Assembly: GCA_964658305.1 (NCBI GenBank)
Contig: OZ210885.1
Location: forward strand, 4,960,001 to 5,024,000
From: Leptogorgia sarmentosa
Lineage: Eukaryota
DNA: 64,000 nucleotides
Direction of reading: 5' to 3'
Both the position numbers and the translations under genes were made by a program. The notes under the pieces were generated by a model. The model was not told the DNA's origin. It did not search any database and was given only the letters and a program-made list of their open reading frames with translations. How positions within the stretch are numbered: the first letter of the stretch is position 1; every line of letters starts with the position of its first letter. Positions 1 to 11,647 of this stretch are shown piece by piece.

Positions 1-727
1 TGTCTAATAAAATAGAACCCATGTATCTGTGGTACAATCATACTCACTAAACCGCCAGGAAATGGAGATGTACACCCCATTGAGAGTCGCTTTAAAATAA
101 ATTCTTTTTCTTTCCATTCATATTGGTGGAAAAGAGTATTTCCCATGACTCCCGATTTCGTTCCTAACCACCATCCAAAAATGATTCTACAAAAGGCAAC
201 AAATACGATTTTGTGGGTCAATATTGCTTATCGTTTGTAAATCAGAGATACATATCATTGCCAAGTTAATTAACAGTGGATGTTGATAGAAGTTGATGTA
301 TGATGGCATGGGTATAACATACCTCCACTACTGACTACTTGCTAAGATGTTTGTACTGTAGTTTTTTGCTAAGTACGAACAACTACAATAGTGTTTTTAA
401 CTTATCCGACCATCCTTGTAAGTATTAACAATCCTGCAAAACTGCAGAACAGTAACTAATCTCAGAATTGTTTGTAAAATGTTAGTAAGAAATATCTACC
501 TGTAGAAGGTCATCCTGGTTGAATGTGTCTATACCACAGCACCAGCGTTTAGGAACTTTTTCCTTTTCGACGAAAACAGCGCAGTGCATGTTGTAACGTT
601 TTTGGTTGCAAATTTGATGTGATTATGGCAGTTGCACCTTTACTCCGCGATACAAAGTCATTGCAAATCTATTTGTTTATCATATCTTTAGGTAAATGTC
701 CCCAATGTAAATGTCTTCACTCCCAGC

Positions 728-1440
728 TTACTCCATTGCCAAGAACTGACAGATCTTTTTTGCTGACTTGTTCAGAAGTAATTTTTGCTGTCCTGTACTT
801 AATAGTTTTAATTGGCAACTGTTGTTCATCGACATCACTACTGTTTCGTTATAATTGACAATTCTATAAAAGCTTTGTATGGCATCATTAAAAGCTGTAT
901 AACATGATAGTTTACCTTCAACATTTATCACTCGTTCGCATACTAACTTTGTTTTGATTGAACTTGCTAATATAGTTATTTTGCAATGTGGGCATTTAAC
1001 TGTTGTTTTTTCCCACCAATTTCTGCCTTCTCAAGGACAGTATTGCATGAAATGCAACAATCGCTCCTCTTGATATCCACACCAGTGCATACTCCTGTTA
1101 TCAAATTACTTTTCAGTTCAAGTCATCGAGATTTTGAACTTTACAATTTTCTATATGCTAACTTTTACCTGTTTTGATTTTATCAATTGCATTTTCCCAC
1201 AAGTTTAATGCAATGGTGTTGCATCAGCTACAAATGCATCAACCTTGTATTTTGTCTGATTTCCATGAATGATTGTTTGCTTCTCTTCCTTGATCACGAC
1301 TTTTACCTTTATATCAACAGTTTCGTAAAGATCTGCTGCTAAAACTTGATTTACTGTAGGAAGCCTTTCACTCATCTCACTATTGAAGCCAAAAACCACC
1401 TTTGTTGGAATAACTTTTGACTTTTTCAATATATTGCATT
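728..1440 (-). pseudogene. Frameshifted RPA1-like OB-fold ssDNA-binding protein with C-terminal Zn ribbon
   Basis: ORFs 1205-1429 (VDIKVKVV...KVDAFVADAT) and 728-931 are joined by frameshifted sequence reading KLVxENAIDKIKTGKS and CISC...KCPHC; this is the OB-fold plus CxxC..CxxC layout. Confidence 0.55.
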
Positions 1441-2499
1441 GGTCAACATGGGCAAATTTTCACCAATTTTACCTTGATTACTAAATGCTTTAGTACACTA
1501 AAACAGGCAATAAGCTGTGCTTTTGATAAGCAGTTTATTTTCAATATTTACAAATATATTTAGAGTGTATTTCTATTTACAAATTTCAACACTATATAGT
1601 ATATATACGATAAAGTTTTGGTTAACAAAATGCCAAAAGAGTGCTTGATACTTTATAGATAGAGCAAATAGTATAGTTTTGTCTCAAAAAGGTGGCACTA
1701 CAGCCTGTTTCATTTCACATTTTGATAGGACAATGGCATAATTCATATGCGCATAATTATTCTATACCTTTATCGAGAATGTCCAAAATATCTTTATCGA
1801 AGAGTGCTCTTCGTAATTAGCACACACCCCTTCACCTTCAAGCCGTCCAAACCAAAAAAAAATTTCTGCTTACCAGCACGTTTTCCTGGTTAATTTAAGC
1901 AAACTTTAGGAAACAAATTGAAATTGGAACTCGTATAGATAATTCCCATATCGCTTGAAATAATTCTTGATGGTTACAACGCAACCGAGTCCGCGTTTTT
2001 CCACTTCGTCCCTGACTTTCTTTTCGTTCCACCATTTTGGAATACTTTTTTTATCCATTTGCTCTCGCAATTTTCCAAAGCAAATGGCAGTTGCGGTTCA
2101 CTCCCTCCGTTCATGGACGCCTGTCGATTTGTTCTCAGAAACTGTTTAACCTGCAATGAGTGGCTATGTTAAGGTGACATTCCATTCGTTTCATGGCATA
2201 GTCTCCCTGTCTTTTACAAGATTTTAACATTAACATGTGTTGTAGCACAGAAATTCGAAGAGTTGCTGTGGGAAGAGATGTCAATAAGATACTTACTTCG
2301 TTTTCAGTCATTCCTTCGACGACCTTTGTCAGGGAATTTCCATCAGCTAATAAAAAGTTAAGTTTACTTCCTTCATTTTATCTCACTTTTTCATATTACT
2401 TCATTACTTTCATTTCTTACATTCATATTACAACATTAGAAACATATAGATATCGAAGGAACTAGTGAGTTCCAAAATATCATACACTCGAACCGACTT

Positions 2500-2680
2500 G
2501 ACCTCATAGCTCAGTTGGTAGAGCATTGGACTAGTAAACCAAAGGTTGCGGGTTCGATTCCCACCGAGGCCAGGCTAATTTTTCAGCTTGTCCAGTGTGG
2601 AGGTATACTCAGAGTAACATCACAATAACATTCTGCACCTGAGTACATTATAGCATCATACATTCATAATTCAACACTGA
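2500..2680 (+). mobile_element. tRNA-Thr(AGT)-derived SINE (tRNA-like head 2500-2572), copy 1
   Basis: A box TAGCTCAGTTGGTAGAGC, anticodon loop CTAGTAA, B box GGTTCGATTCC. Mismatches occur in the acceptor, anticodon and T stems, and a non-tRNA body follows. Confidence 0.8.
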
Positions 2681-4196
2681 TACAGTAGAAATGAATGTCA
2701 ACTAATTCTATTTAGAACAGCAACAAAAACATAAAAATACTTAGAAGCTAAAATGCTTCCAACGAAGTGTCAAAATAGAGTTTAAAGACCAGTTTATTTA
2801 TGGTTAATAGGTATACTACCATCCTCTCCCAACCTTTGTCAATTAAGGTTGCACATCAGTCTCATAGACTTTTTCATAAAAGACTGCTCGACTGTCTTTC
2901 TCAAGGCTTTGTGGTTCTTTCACACCAAATGGTTTTTCAAGACATTGGAAACAACATTCATTATTTACTTTCTTCTGAACTTTCCCTAGAAATACCTCGT
3001 CTTCATACAACACTTTCACCCACTGTCCCGTGGAAACATCATATGTTAATTCCTTCAGACTAGTGGCACCAACTGGAGAGACATGTGTTGCAAAATAAGT
3101 GATATTAAAGGGCTTAGAATGGTGAATTTTTAACTACATATATATGGGTATCATCGCAAGTGTATTGACATGAAACTGAATTAGCTACTTCTGTCCAACA
3201 ACTTTCATGAGATAAGACAAAACGCAATATACATAAAACCAACAACGTAATGAGAAAACAAAGATATCAGTATGGATTAGCCTCGCACGCAAAAAATAAA
3301 GTATAAAAAACCGATGTATACGTTAGACCGCAGACATATATATTTAATAACGTTACCGATTTTTACATTCAAATATTTTAAGGTACTCGTTCCTTTTGTA
3401 ACTTCTAATAAACTATTCAGTTCGTCTCATTTCGTCTTCTCATCAGTTCGTTCATTTGGCTTTTCCTTGCCCTCATCTCGCTTTCTCCTCCTCCCCTCAT
3501 TTCGCTTTTTCCTCTCTCGCTCGCAGGTTTCGCATGGCGCAGTCCTATGTGCCGCAGCGAGTTCTTTGTACCCGTTTTCCAACTAGTCTTGCTCTTTGAG
3601 CGCCTTCGACGAGGCGCTCAGTTTGCCCTACATCACTAAAATCCTCGTCAGAGGACTTGCCTTCAAAAAAGGTCTTCACTTGTTCGGCATACTTCTGTTC
3701 CATAACTATGTGGTCTTCTTGACTCTCTTCTTCACTGACTTTACTTGTAATACGAGGTTTGTTTTACTTTCCAAACCACATCAACCGGACTTATATAGTA
3801 CCGATCTACTCAAATCCATGGATGCAAATATTTAATATTTGTAAACCTTGAATGTTCACTGTACGATACCTTATGATTTGCCTTGGATAATGCACCATGT
3901 ATTGCTGCTTAGGGATAATTTGCATTTCATATAATTCATGGAATGTTTTCAGGTAATTGGTAACCACTAGATGTTCGTGCAAATACTATTTCCTCAATTT
4001 GTAGCAACCTTCGGTAGTTTGCCCAGTTGACATCAGTAGTAAGGGTGCAGCTATAGCTTTGTCGAGTCAGCATTGATATAATGAAACAGATTGTTAATTT
4101 TATAAATTTTTTACATTTAAATTTGTCATTTTCAAACCTGCTTTCATTTGAGTTTGGTTTGTATGATTGTGCGGATTAGTTTTGCTAAAATACACG

Positions 4197-4625
4197 ATGC
4201 CTTTGAAAGCGAACAACCTGAAGTTGACGATACCAATGGACATTGGTCAAGAGGAATTGTTTCTAAGTTCTCGTCAGAGGATGATTGAAGACAAACTATT
4301 AAACTGTTATGCTAGTGAAATCGCATCGATTGTTACAACTTTTGTGGTGCAGAGTTGCAATGGTTGTATAATTGATCATCCGTCGCAACGGCAACATAGC
4401 TGTTTGATGATGGAACCTGATGAAAAAATGTGGTTGTATTTTGACGATGCGATGGATTCTGTGTGTGAGGGAACAGTTGCAGAGAACTTTATGAACAGTC
4501 TACATGACATCAAACCACAAGTTAATGGACTTGAACTTTTAAAGTATACATGTAAAGACTGGCGAAAAATGTTTCGCTCTCGCGAAAGACGGCAGCTGAA
4601 GGCTAAAACTTATGAACTATTATAG
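4197..4625 (+). CDS. 142-aa protein with CxxCxxxHPSQxxHxC Zn-binding motif (probably a Polinton/adintovirus-type accessory gene), copy 1
   Basis: Open frame from ATG 4197 with SCNGCIIDHPSQRQHSC; AATAAA at about 4667; identical protein in copy 2. Confidence 0.7.
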   Translation: MPLKANNLKLTIPMDIGQEELFLSSRQRMIEDKLLNCYASEIASIVTTFVVQSCNGCIIDHPSQRQHSCLMMEPDEKMWLYFDDAMDSVCEGTVAENFMNSLHDIKPQVNGLELLKYTCKDWRKMFRSRERRQLKAKTYELL

Positions 4626-4718
4626 TTACTTTTCAGCATGCACAAATAGTATACCTACGAGAGTAAAATAAAAACACACACACAAATGTATCGGTTTTGA
4701 ACATTTATTACTTACAAT

Positions 4719-5271
4719 TTACTTTTTCATTGCAACCATGAAAACACTGTAAGAGAAAACAAATAAATATATAAATGAAAATTCTAGATCTTGTGATACT
4801 GTTGTCATTGAATGCATAGATAGCGTAAATCTTCATACATACTTAAAAAGGTCAAGCCAGAAGTCAACGTCGTTCATCAACGACGTGACTCTCTCATCTG
4901 ACACTCTAATACAAAAAAAAACAAGAAGAAGACATGAAAAGTTAGTAATTGTCAAGAGTGTATTTTCTAAATGTATATCGAAGAATGTATTTGAGACATA
5001 CTTGCAAATATTGCAGATGAATCTTTCCCCGAAAGGAAGATTAGATATTTCAATTATATGGACTCGATGTCCACATAACGGCATAATAGTTGGCCCCTTG
5101 CATGTGCCACAGTATTCGATGGCTGAAAACATAGATTTGCTATTAGTGGGAATCTCAACAACTATATCGTACATTGAAGTGAAGATAAAAATAAAAGAAA
5201 AAAGAAAAAAAAAGGAAAGAAAAAAAGAAAGGTTAGGTTTATAGATATATACCTCCTTGAGTTGATGCCAT
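4719..5271 (-). CDS. Four-exon small RING-H2-like Zn-finger gene (exons 5271-5253, 5161-5002, 4905-4843, 4746-4719), copy 1
   Basis: Three GT..AG introns (91, 96, 96 nt) with pyrimidine tracts, all in phase. Product MASTQGVVEIP...CGTC-x8-CGHRVH...CNIC...VFMVAMKK*. Minus-strand AATAAA at 4704-4709. Confidence 0.7.
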
Positions 5272-6021
5272 TTCAGGTGCCAGCTGTGAGTCTATACATG
5301 TATTTTGTATACTCTTTATCGAAGAGTGCTCTTCGTAATTAGCACACACCCCTTCACCTTCAAGCCGTCCAAACCAAAAAAAAATTTCTGCTCACCAGCA
5401 CGTGTTCCTGGTTAATTTAAGCAAACTTTAGGAAACAAATTGAAATTGGAACTCGTATAGATAATTCCCATATCGCTTGAAATAATTCTTGATGGTTACA
5501 ACGCAACCGAGTCCGCGTTTTTCCACTTCGTCCCTGACTTTCTTTTCGTTCCACCATTTTGGAATACTTTTTTTATCCATTTGCTCTCGCAATTTTCCAA
5601 AGCAAATGGCAGTTGCGGTTCACTCCCTCCGTTCATGGACGCCTGTCGATTTGTTCTCAGAAACTGTTTAACCTGCAATGAGTGGCTATGTTAAGGTGAC
5701 ATTCCATTCGTTTCATGGCATAGTCTCCCTGTCTTTTACAAGATTTTAACATTAACATGTGTTGTAGCACAGAAATTCGAAGAGTTGCTGTGGGAAGAGA
5801 TGTCAATAAGATACTTACTTCGTTTTCAGTCATTCCTTCGACGACCTTTGTCAGGGAATTTCCATCAGCTAATAAAAAGTTAAGTTTACTTCCTTCATTT
5901 TATCTCACTTTTTCATATTACTTCATTACTTTCATTTCTTACATTCATATTACAACATTAGAAACATATAGATATCGAAGGAACTAGTGAGTTCCAAAAT
6001 ATCATACACTCGAACCGACTT

Positions 6022-6202
6022 GACCTCATAGCTCAGTTGGTAGAGCATTGGACTAGTAAAGCAAAGGTTGCGGGTTCGATTCCCACCGAGGCCAGGCTAA
6101 TTTTTCAGCTTGTCCAGTGTGGAGGTATACTCAGAGTAACATCACAATAACATTCTGCACCTGAGTACATTATAGCATCATACATTCATAATTCAACACT
6201 GA
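6022..6202 (+). mobile_element. tRNA-Thr(AGT)-derived SINE, copy 2
   Basis: Same as 2500-2680, with one extra substitution in the anticodon stem (6061). Confidence 0.8.
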
Positions 6203-6325
6203 TACAGTAGAAATGAATGTCAACTAATTCTATTTATAACAGCAACAAAAACATAAAAATACTTAGAAGCTAAAATGCTTCCAACGAAGTGTCAAAATAG
6301 AGTTTAAAGACCAGTTTATTTATGG

Positions 6326-6541
6326 CTAATAGGTATACTTCCATCCTCTCCCAACCTTTGTCAATTTAGGTTGCACATCAGTCTCATAGACTTTTTCATA
6401 AAAGACTGCTCGACTGTCTTTCTCAAGGCTTTGTGGTTCTTTCACACCAAATGGTTTTTCAAGACATTGGAAACAACATTCATTATTTACTTTCTTCTGA
6501 ACTTTCCCTAGAAATACCTCGTCTTCATACAACACTTTCAC
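6326..6541 (-). pseudogene. C-terminal fragment of an unidentified, probably transposon-encoded protein
   Basis: Protein-like frame VLYEDEVFLGKV...CLEKPFG...GRGWKYTY followed by AATAAA; copy 1 carries a TAG in place of the last Lys codon. Confidence 0.4.
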
Positions 6542-7718
6542 CCACTGTCCCGTGGAAACATCATATGTTAATTCCTTCAGACTAGTGGCACCAACTGGAG
6601 AGACATGTGTTGCAAAATAAGTGATATTAAAGGGCTTAGAATGGTGAATTTTTAACTACATATATATGGGTATCATCGCAAGTGTATTGACATGAAACTG
6701 AATTAGCTACTTCTGTCCAACAACTTTCATGAGATAAGACAAAACGCAATATACATAAAACCAACAACGTAATGAGAAAACAAAGATATCAGTATGGATT
6801 AGCCTCGCACGCAAAAAATAAAGTATAAAAAACCGATGTATACGTTAGACCGCAGACATATATATTTAATAACGTTACCGATTTTTACATTCAAATATTT
6901 TAAGGTACTCGTTCCTTTTGTAACTTCTAATAAACTATTCAGTTCGTCTCATTTCGTCTTCTCATCAGTTCGTTCATTTGGCTTTTCCTTGCCCTCATCT
7001 CGCTTTCTCCTCCTCCCCTCGTTTCGCTTTTTCCTCTCTCGCTCGCAGGTTTCGCATGGCGCAGTCCTATGTGCCGCAGCGAGTTCTTTGTACCCGTTTT
7101 CCAACTAGTCTTGCTCTTTGAGCGCCTTCGACGAGGCGCTCAGTTTGCCCTACATCACTAAAATCCTCGTCAGAGGACTTGCCTTCAAAAAAGGTCTTCA
7201 CTTGTTCGGCATACTTCTGTTCCATAACTATGTGGTCTTCTTGACTCTCTTCTTCACTGACTTTACTTGTAATACGAGGTTTCTTTTACTTTCCAAACCA
7301 CATCAACCGGACTTATATAGTACCGATCTACTCAAATCCATGGATGCAAATATTTAATATTTGTAAACCTTGAATGTTCACTGTACGATACCTTATGATT
7401 TGCCTTGGATAATGCACCATGTATTGCTGCTTAGGGATAATTTGCATTTCATATAATTCATGGAATGTTTTCAGGTAATTGGTAACCACTAGATGTTGGT
7501 GCAAATACTATTTCCTCAATTTGTAGCAACCTTCGGTAGTTTGCCCAGTTGACATCAGTAGTAAGGGTGCAGCTATAGCTTTGTCGAGTCAGCATTGATA
7601 TAATGAAACAGATTGTTAATTTTATAAATTTTTTACATTTAAATTTGTCATTTTCAAACCTGCTTTCATTTGAGTTTGGTTTGTATGATTGTGCGGATTA
7701 GTTTTGCTAAAATACACG

Positions 7719-8147
7719 ATGCCTTTGAAAGCGAACAACCTGAAGTTGACGATACCAATGGACATTGGTCAAGAGGAATTGTTTCTAAGTTCTCGTCAGA
7801 GGATGATTGAAGACAAACTATTAAACTGTTATGCTAGTGAAATCGCATCGATTGTTACAACTTTTGTGGTGCAGAGTTGCAATGGTTGTATAATTGATCA
7901 TCCGTCGCAACGGCAACATAGCTGTTTGATGATGGAACCTGATGAAAAAATGTGGTTGTATTTTGACGATGCGATGGATTCTGTGTGTGAGGGAACAGTT
8001 GCAGAGAACTTTATGAACAGTCTACATGACATCAAACCACAAGTTAATGGACTTGAACTTTTAAAGTATACATGTAAAGACTGGCGAAAAATGTTTCGCT
8101 CTCGCGAAAGACGGCAGCTGAAGGCTAAAACTTATGAACTATTATAG
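7719..8147 (+). CDS. HPSQ-motif Zn-binding protein, copy 2
   Basis: Identical translation to 4197-4625. Confidence 0.7.
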   Translation: MPLKANNLKLTIPMDIGQEELFLSSRQRMIEDKLLNCYASEIASIVTTFVVQSCNGCIIDHPSQRQHSCLMMEPDEKMWLYFDDAMDSVCEGTVAENFMNSLHDIKPQVNGLELLKYTCKDWRKMFRSRERRQLKAKTYELL

Positions 8148-8240
8148 TTACTTTTCAGCATGCACAAATAGTATACCTACGAGAGTAAAATAAAAACACA
8201 CACACAAATGTATCGGTTTTGAACATTTATTACTGACAAT

Positions 8241-8793
8241 TTACTTTTTCATTGCAACCATGAAAACACTGTAAGAGAAAACAAATAAATATATAAATGA
8301 AAATTCTAGATCTTGTGATACTGTTGTCATTGAATGCATAGATAGCGTAAATCTTCATACATACTTAAAAAGGTCAAGCCAGAAGTCAACGTCGTTCATC
8401 AACGACGTGACTCTCTCATCTGACACTCTAATACAAAAAAAAACAAGAAGAAGACATGAAAAGTTAGTAATTGTCAAGAGTGTATTTTCTAAATGTATAT
8501 CGAAGAATGTATTTGAGACATACTTGCAAATATTGCAGATGAATCTTTCCCCGAAGGGAAGATCAGATATTTCAATTATATGGACTCGATGTCCACATAA
8601 CGGCATAATAGTTGGCCCCTTGCATGTGCCACAGTATTCGATGGCTGAAAACATAGATTTGCTATTAGTGGGAATCTCAACAACTATATCGTACATTGAA
8701 GTGAAGATAAAAATAAAAGAAAAAAGAAAAAAAAAGGAAAGAAAAAAAGAAAGGTTAGGTTTATAGATATATACCTCCTTGAGTTGAAGCCAT
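8241..8793 (-). CDS. Four-exon RING-H2-like gene, copy 2
   Basis: Splice sites retained; differs from copy 1 by two synonymous changes (GCA>GCT, CCT>CCC) and one N>D. Confidence 0.7.
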
Positions 8794-9543
8794 TTCAGGT
8801 GCCAGCTGTGAGTCTATACATGTATTTTGTATACTCTTTATCGAAGAGTGCTCTTCGTAATTAGCACACACCCCTTCACCTTCAAGCCGTCCAAACCAAA
8901 AAAAAATTTCTGCTCACCAGCACGTTTTCCTGGTTAATTTAAGCAAACTTTAGGAAACAAATTGAAATTGGAACTCGTATAGATAATTCTCATATCACTT
9001 GAAATAATTCTTGATGGTTACAACGCAACCGAGTCCGCGTTTTTCCACTTCGTCCCTGACTTTCTTTTCGTTCCGCCATTTTGGAATACTTTTTTTATCC
9101 ATTTGCTCTCGCAATTTTCCAAAGCAAATGGCAGTTGCGGTTCACTCCCTCCGTTCATGGACGCCTGTCGATTTGTTCTCAGAAACTGTTTAACCTGCAA
9201 TGAGTGGCTATGTTAAGGTGACATTCCATTCGTTTCATGGCATAGTCTCCCTGTCTTTTACAAGATTTTAACATTAACATGTGTTGTAGCACAGAAATTC
9301 GAAGAGTTGCTGTGGGAAGAGATGTCAATAAGATACTTACTTCGTTTTCAGTCATTCCTTCGACGACCTTTGTCAGGGAATTTCCATCAGCTAATAAAAA
9401 GTTAAGTTTACTTCCTTCATTTTATCTCACTTTTTCATATTACTTCATTACTTTCATTTCTTACATTCATATTACAACATTAGAAACATATAGATATCGA
9501 AGGAACTAGTGAGTTCCAAAATATCATACACTCGAACCGACTT

Positions 9544-9724
9544 GACCTCATAGCTCAGTTGGTAGAGCATTGGACTAGTAAACCAAAGGTTGCGGGTTCG
9601 ATTCCCACCGAGGCCAGGCTAATTTTTCAGCTTGTCCAGTGTGGAGGTATACTCAGAGTAACATCACAATAACATTCTGCACCTGAGTACATTATAGCAT
9701 CATACATTCATAATTCAACACTGA
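9544..9724 (+). mobile_element. tRNA-Thr(AGT)-derived SINE, copy 3
   Basis: Same as 2500-2680. Confidence 0.8.
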
Positions 9725-9930
9725 TACAGTAGAACTGAATGTCAACTAATTCTATTTATAACAGCAACAAAAACATAAAAATACTTAGAAGCTAAAATGC
9801 TTCCAACGAAGTGTCAAAATAGAGTTTAAAGACCAGTTTATTTATGGTTAATAGGTATACTTCCATCCTCTCCCAACCTTTGTCAATTTAGGTTGCACAT
9901 CAGTCTCATAGACTTTTTCATAAAAGACTG

Positions 9931-10164
9931 ATAGAACGATATAAATGGGAGTATGAACATATGCTAGCATATGTAAATCATGACAACATATCCAGGGTTT
10001 TTACTGAGATAGACTTTATTAATTTTGGTCGTGCTATGGCTTACTTGTCAATAGTTTATTTGCGGAAGGAATCCGAGGATGTGACACGCGAGGCTGCTCG
10101 CTTAGTAGCCACGCCTTTGAAAGACATCGACAGCGTTCAAGATCGAAGAGAGTTTTTTCCATAG
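9931..10164 (+). pseudogene. 5'-truncated Bcl-2-like protein (viral-type)
   Basis: ISRVFTEIDFINFGRAMAYLSIVY resembles the BH1 motif (NWGRIVA); a homologous piece lies at about 56465; the packaging ATPase is directly downstream. Confidence 0.6.
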
Positions 10165-10261
10165 GTTGAAGTCGTGTATTATAAACGCATTTTCAATTAA
10201 TATTCTTTGTAAAGGTTAAAAGCAACGAACGTTTAGTGTGAAACTCATTTTATGTTTTCTC

Positions 10262-10600
10262 GCAATAGATGTAAGATTTAATACCCCCGCGAATTTTTAT
10301 ATTTGTGGACAAACGCAGTGCGGTAAATTGTATATGGTTCGTCGTATGCTAAATCATTTAGAGGAAATGTTTTATCCTGTTCCTACCAAAATTGTTTATT
10401 GTTGTGGAGAGTTTGAAAAAGAATTTGATGTGTTCCCTCCAAGTGTTGAACTGATAGAAGGGTTTCCAAACTACGTAAATGAACTAACCAAGCGACATGA
10501 CAATTCTCTGATTAGATCTGATGACTCAATGATCCACACGTTGCAGACCTCTACGCACGGTTCTCATCATCGTGGAATATCTGAATTCACCAATTCACTG
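10262..10600 (+). pseudogene. Polinton/adintovirus A32/FtsK-like genome-packaging ATPase, degraded
   Basis: RFNTPANFYICGQTQCGK (Walker A), KIVYCCGE, degraded Walker B (LIRSDDSM) and GSHHRGIS. Confidence 0.85.
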
Positions 10601-11179
10601 TCTGTGCTGCCTGTGAGAGAGATGTACTCTTAGTACGAACTATAGTAAACTTTGATAAACTATTGATAGTAAACCATGAGAAACTGTTGATAGTAAACCT
10701 TGATAAAGTACGTTGTAAACCTTGAAAAAGTACATTGTAAACCTTTTGTTGTGTGCTGTCCATGTGAGGTGTTTAAAATTGGGTTGGAATCTTGTTATTT
10801 TGAGGTTGCCACTGTGTGGAAACTGTGATTGTGTGTGGTAGGTTTGTGTTGATATATGTTTCCAATTGGTGGATGTTGACATAAGTTTCCAATTTGTTGA
10901 TTTAGTAGGATTGGTAGGGGTTTGGTTAGGTGTTGGGTCGGTGTTGGTGGGGTCTGAGTGGTTGCCACCCATGATTGATGGTGTCACAAAATTGTTGAGT
11001 TTGTGTTGAGTTTTGCAGTAACTAGTGTCTATGAGGTTTTTATTGTTACAATAGGAGGTTCAGGCCATAGAACTCGTAATGTAGAATCATTCTCAATGAC
11101 ACTCCAGATTTCGACCAATTTCGATAGTGCATTTGAATGTTCTCAACATGCTTAGCCACCCAAAGAGAAAGCTAAAAGA

Positions 11180-11469
11180 ATGTTGTTTACGCTATTACCT
11201 GCTCTCATTGTCAAGCGGTTTATATTGGCGAAACAGGCAGGACAATCGGCTCTAGAGTTAAAGAGCATTTAAGTATGAAAGGCCAAACGGTGTACAAACA
11301 CATACAAACTCATGGCACCCCATCTCGAGACCAGTCCACGATTACCTGGGCGATCATTCACGACAACATCCCCAATCAAGCCGAACGGAGGTGTATAGAG
11401 GCATTCGAGATTAAAAAACAATTCAACAATATTATGAATGGCTGTATTGGAAGAACCATCTCTAAATAA
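11180..11469 (+). mobile_element. Penelope-like element GIY-YIG endonuclease, 3' fragment
   Basis: The frame upstream of ORF 11275 reads NVVYAITCSHCQAVYIGETGRTIGSRVKEH, then ERRCIEAFEIK...N. Confidence 0.88.
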
Positions 11470-11611
11470 GGACCATTAGTTTTATTGTGTAGTTTTTATT
11501 CCATTGTTTAACATGTTTTAATGAACGCATAGGTTGCTCGTAATAATTTAGTATTTTAATTAGATTCGCGCCTGTATATATAGAACGTATATTATTATAG
11601 TAAGCACCATA

Positions 11612-11647
11612 CCCACTGAAGAAGCCTTAATCGGCGAAACGTTTGGG
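11612..11647 (+). ncRNA. Minimal type I hammerhead ribozyme (Penelope pLTR)
   Basis: ccca-CTGAAGA-aGCC ttaatc GGC-GAAAC GTT-tggg: stem I, core, stem II and palindromic stem III, downstream of the GIY-YIG ORF. Confidence 0.8.

Larger units (their letters stand above)
1791..9930. repeat. Tandem duplication, 3522-bp unit, about 2.3 near-identical copies (1791-5312, 5313-8834, 8835-9930)
   Basis: Identical ORFs recur at a 3522 offset (1967/5489/9011; 4167/7689). The unit starts at tctttatcgaagagtg and the third copy breaks after taaaagactg at 9930. Only scattered SNPs separate the copies. Confidence 0.97.

Noticed and set aside
1..600. Possible Ulp1/SENP-like protease exons on the minus strand
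   Set aside because: Only vague motif echoes with many stops; no catalytic triad could be assembled.
2500..2572. Functional tRNA-Thr(AGT) gene (three copies)
   Set aside because: Two acceptor-stem mismatches plus anticodon- and T-stem mismatches and a conserved downstream body fit a SINE head better; tRNAscan-SE would settle it.
4885..5244. Plus-strand 119-aa ORF (and copy at 8407)
   Set aside because: Antisense to the spliced RING-like gene; its Lys-rich tail is the intron pyrimidine tract read backwards.
10640..11070. Pro/Thr/Asn-rich ORF
   Set aside because: Low-complexity GT-rich sequence with short internal repeats; no assignable domain.
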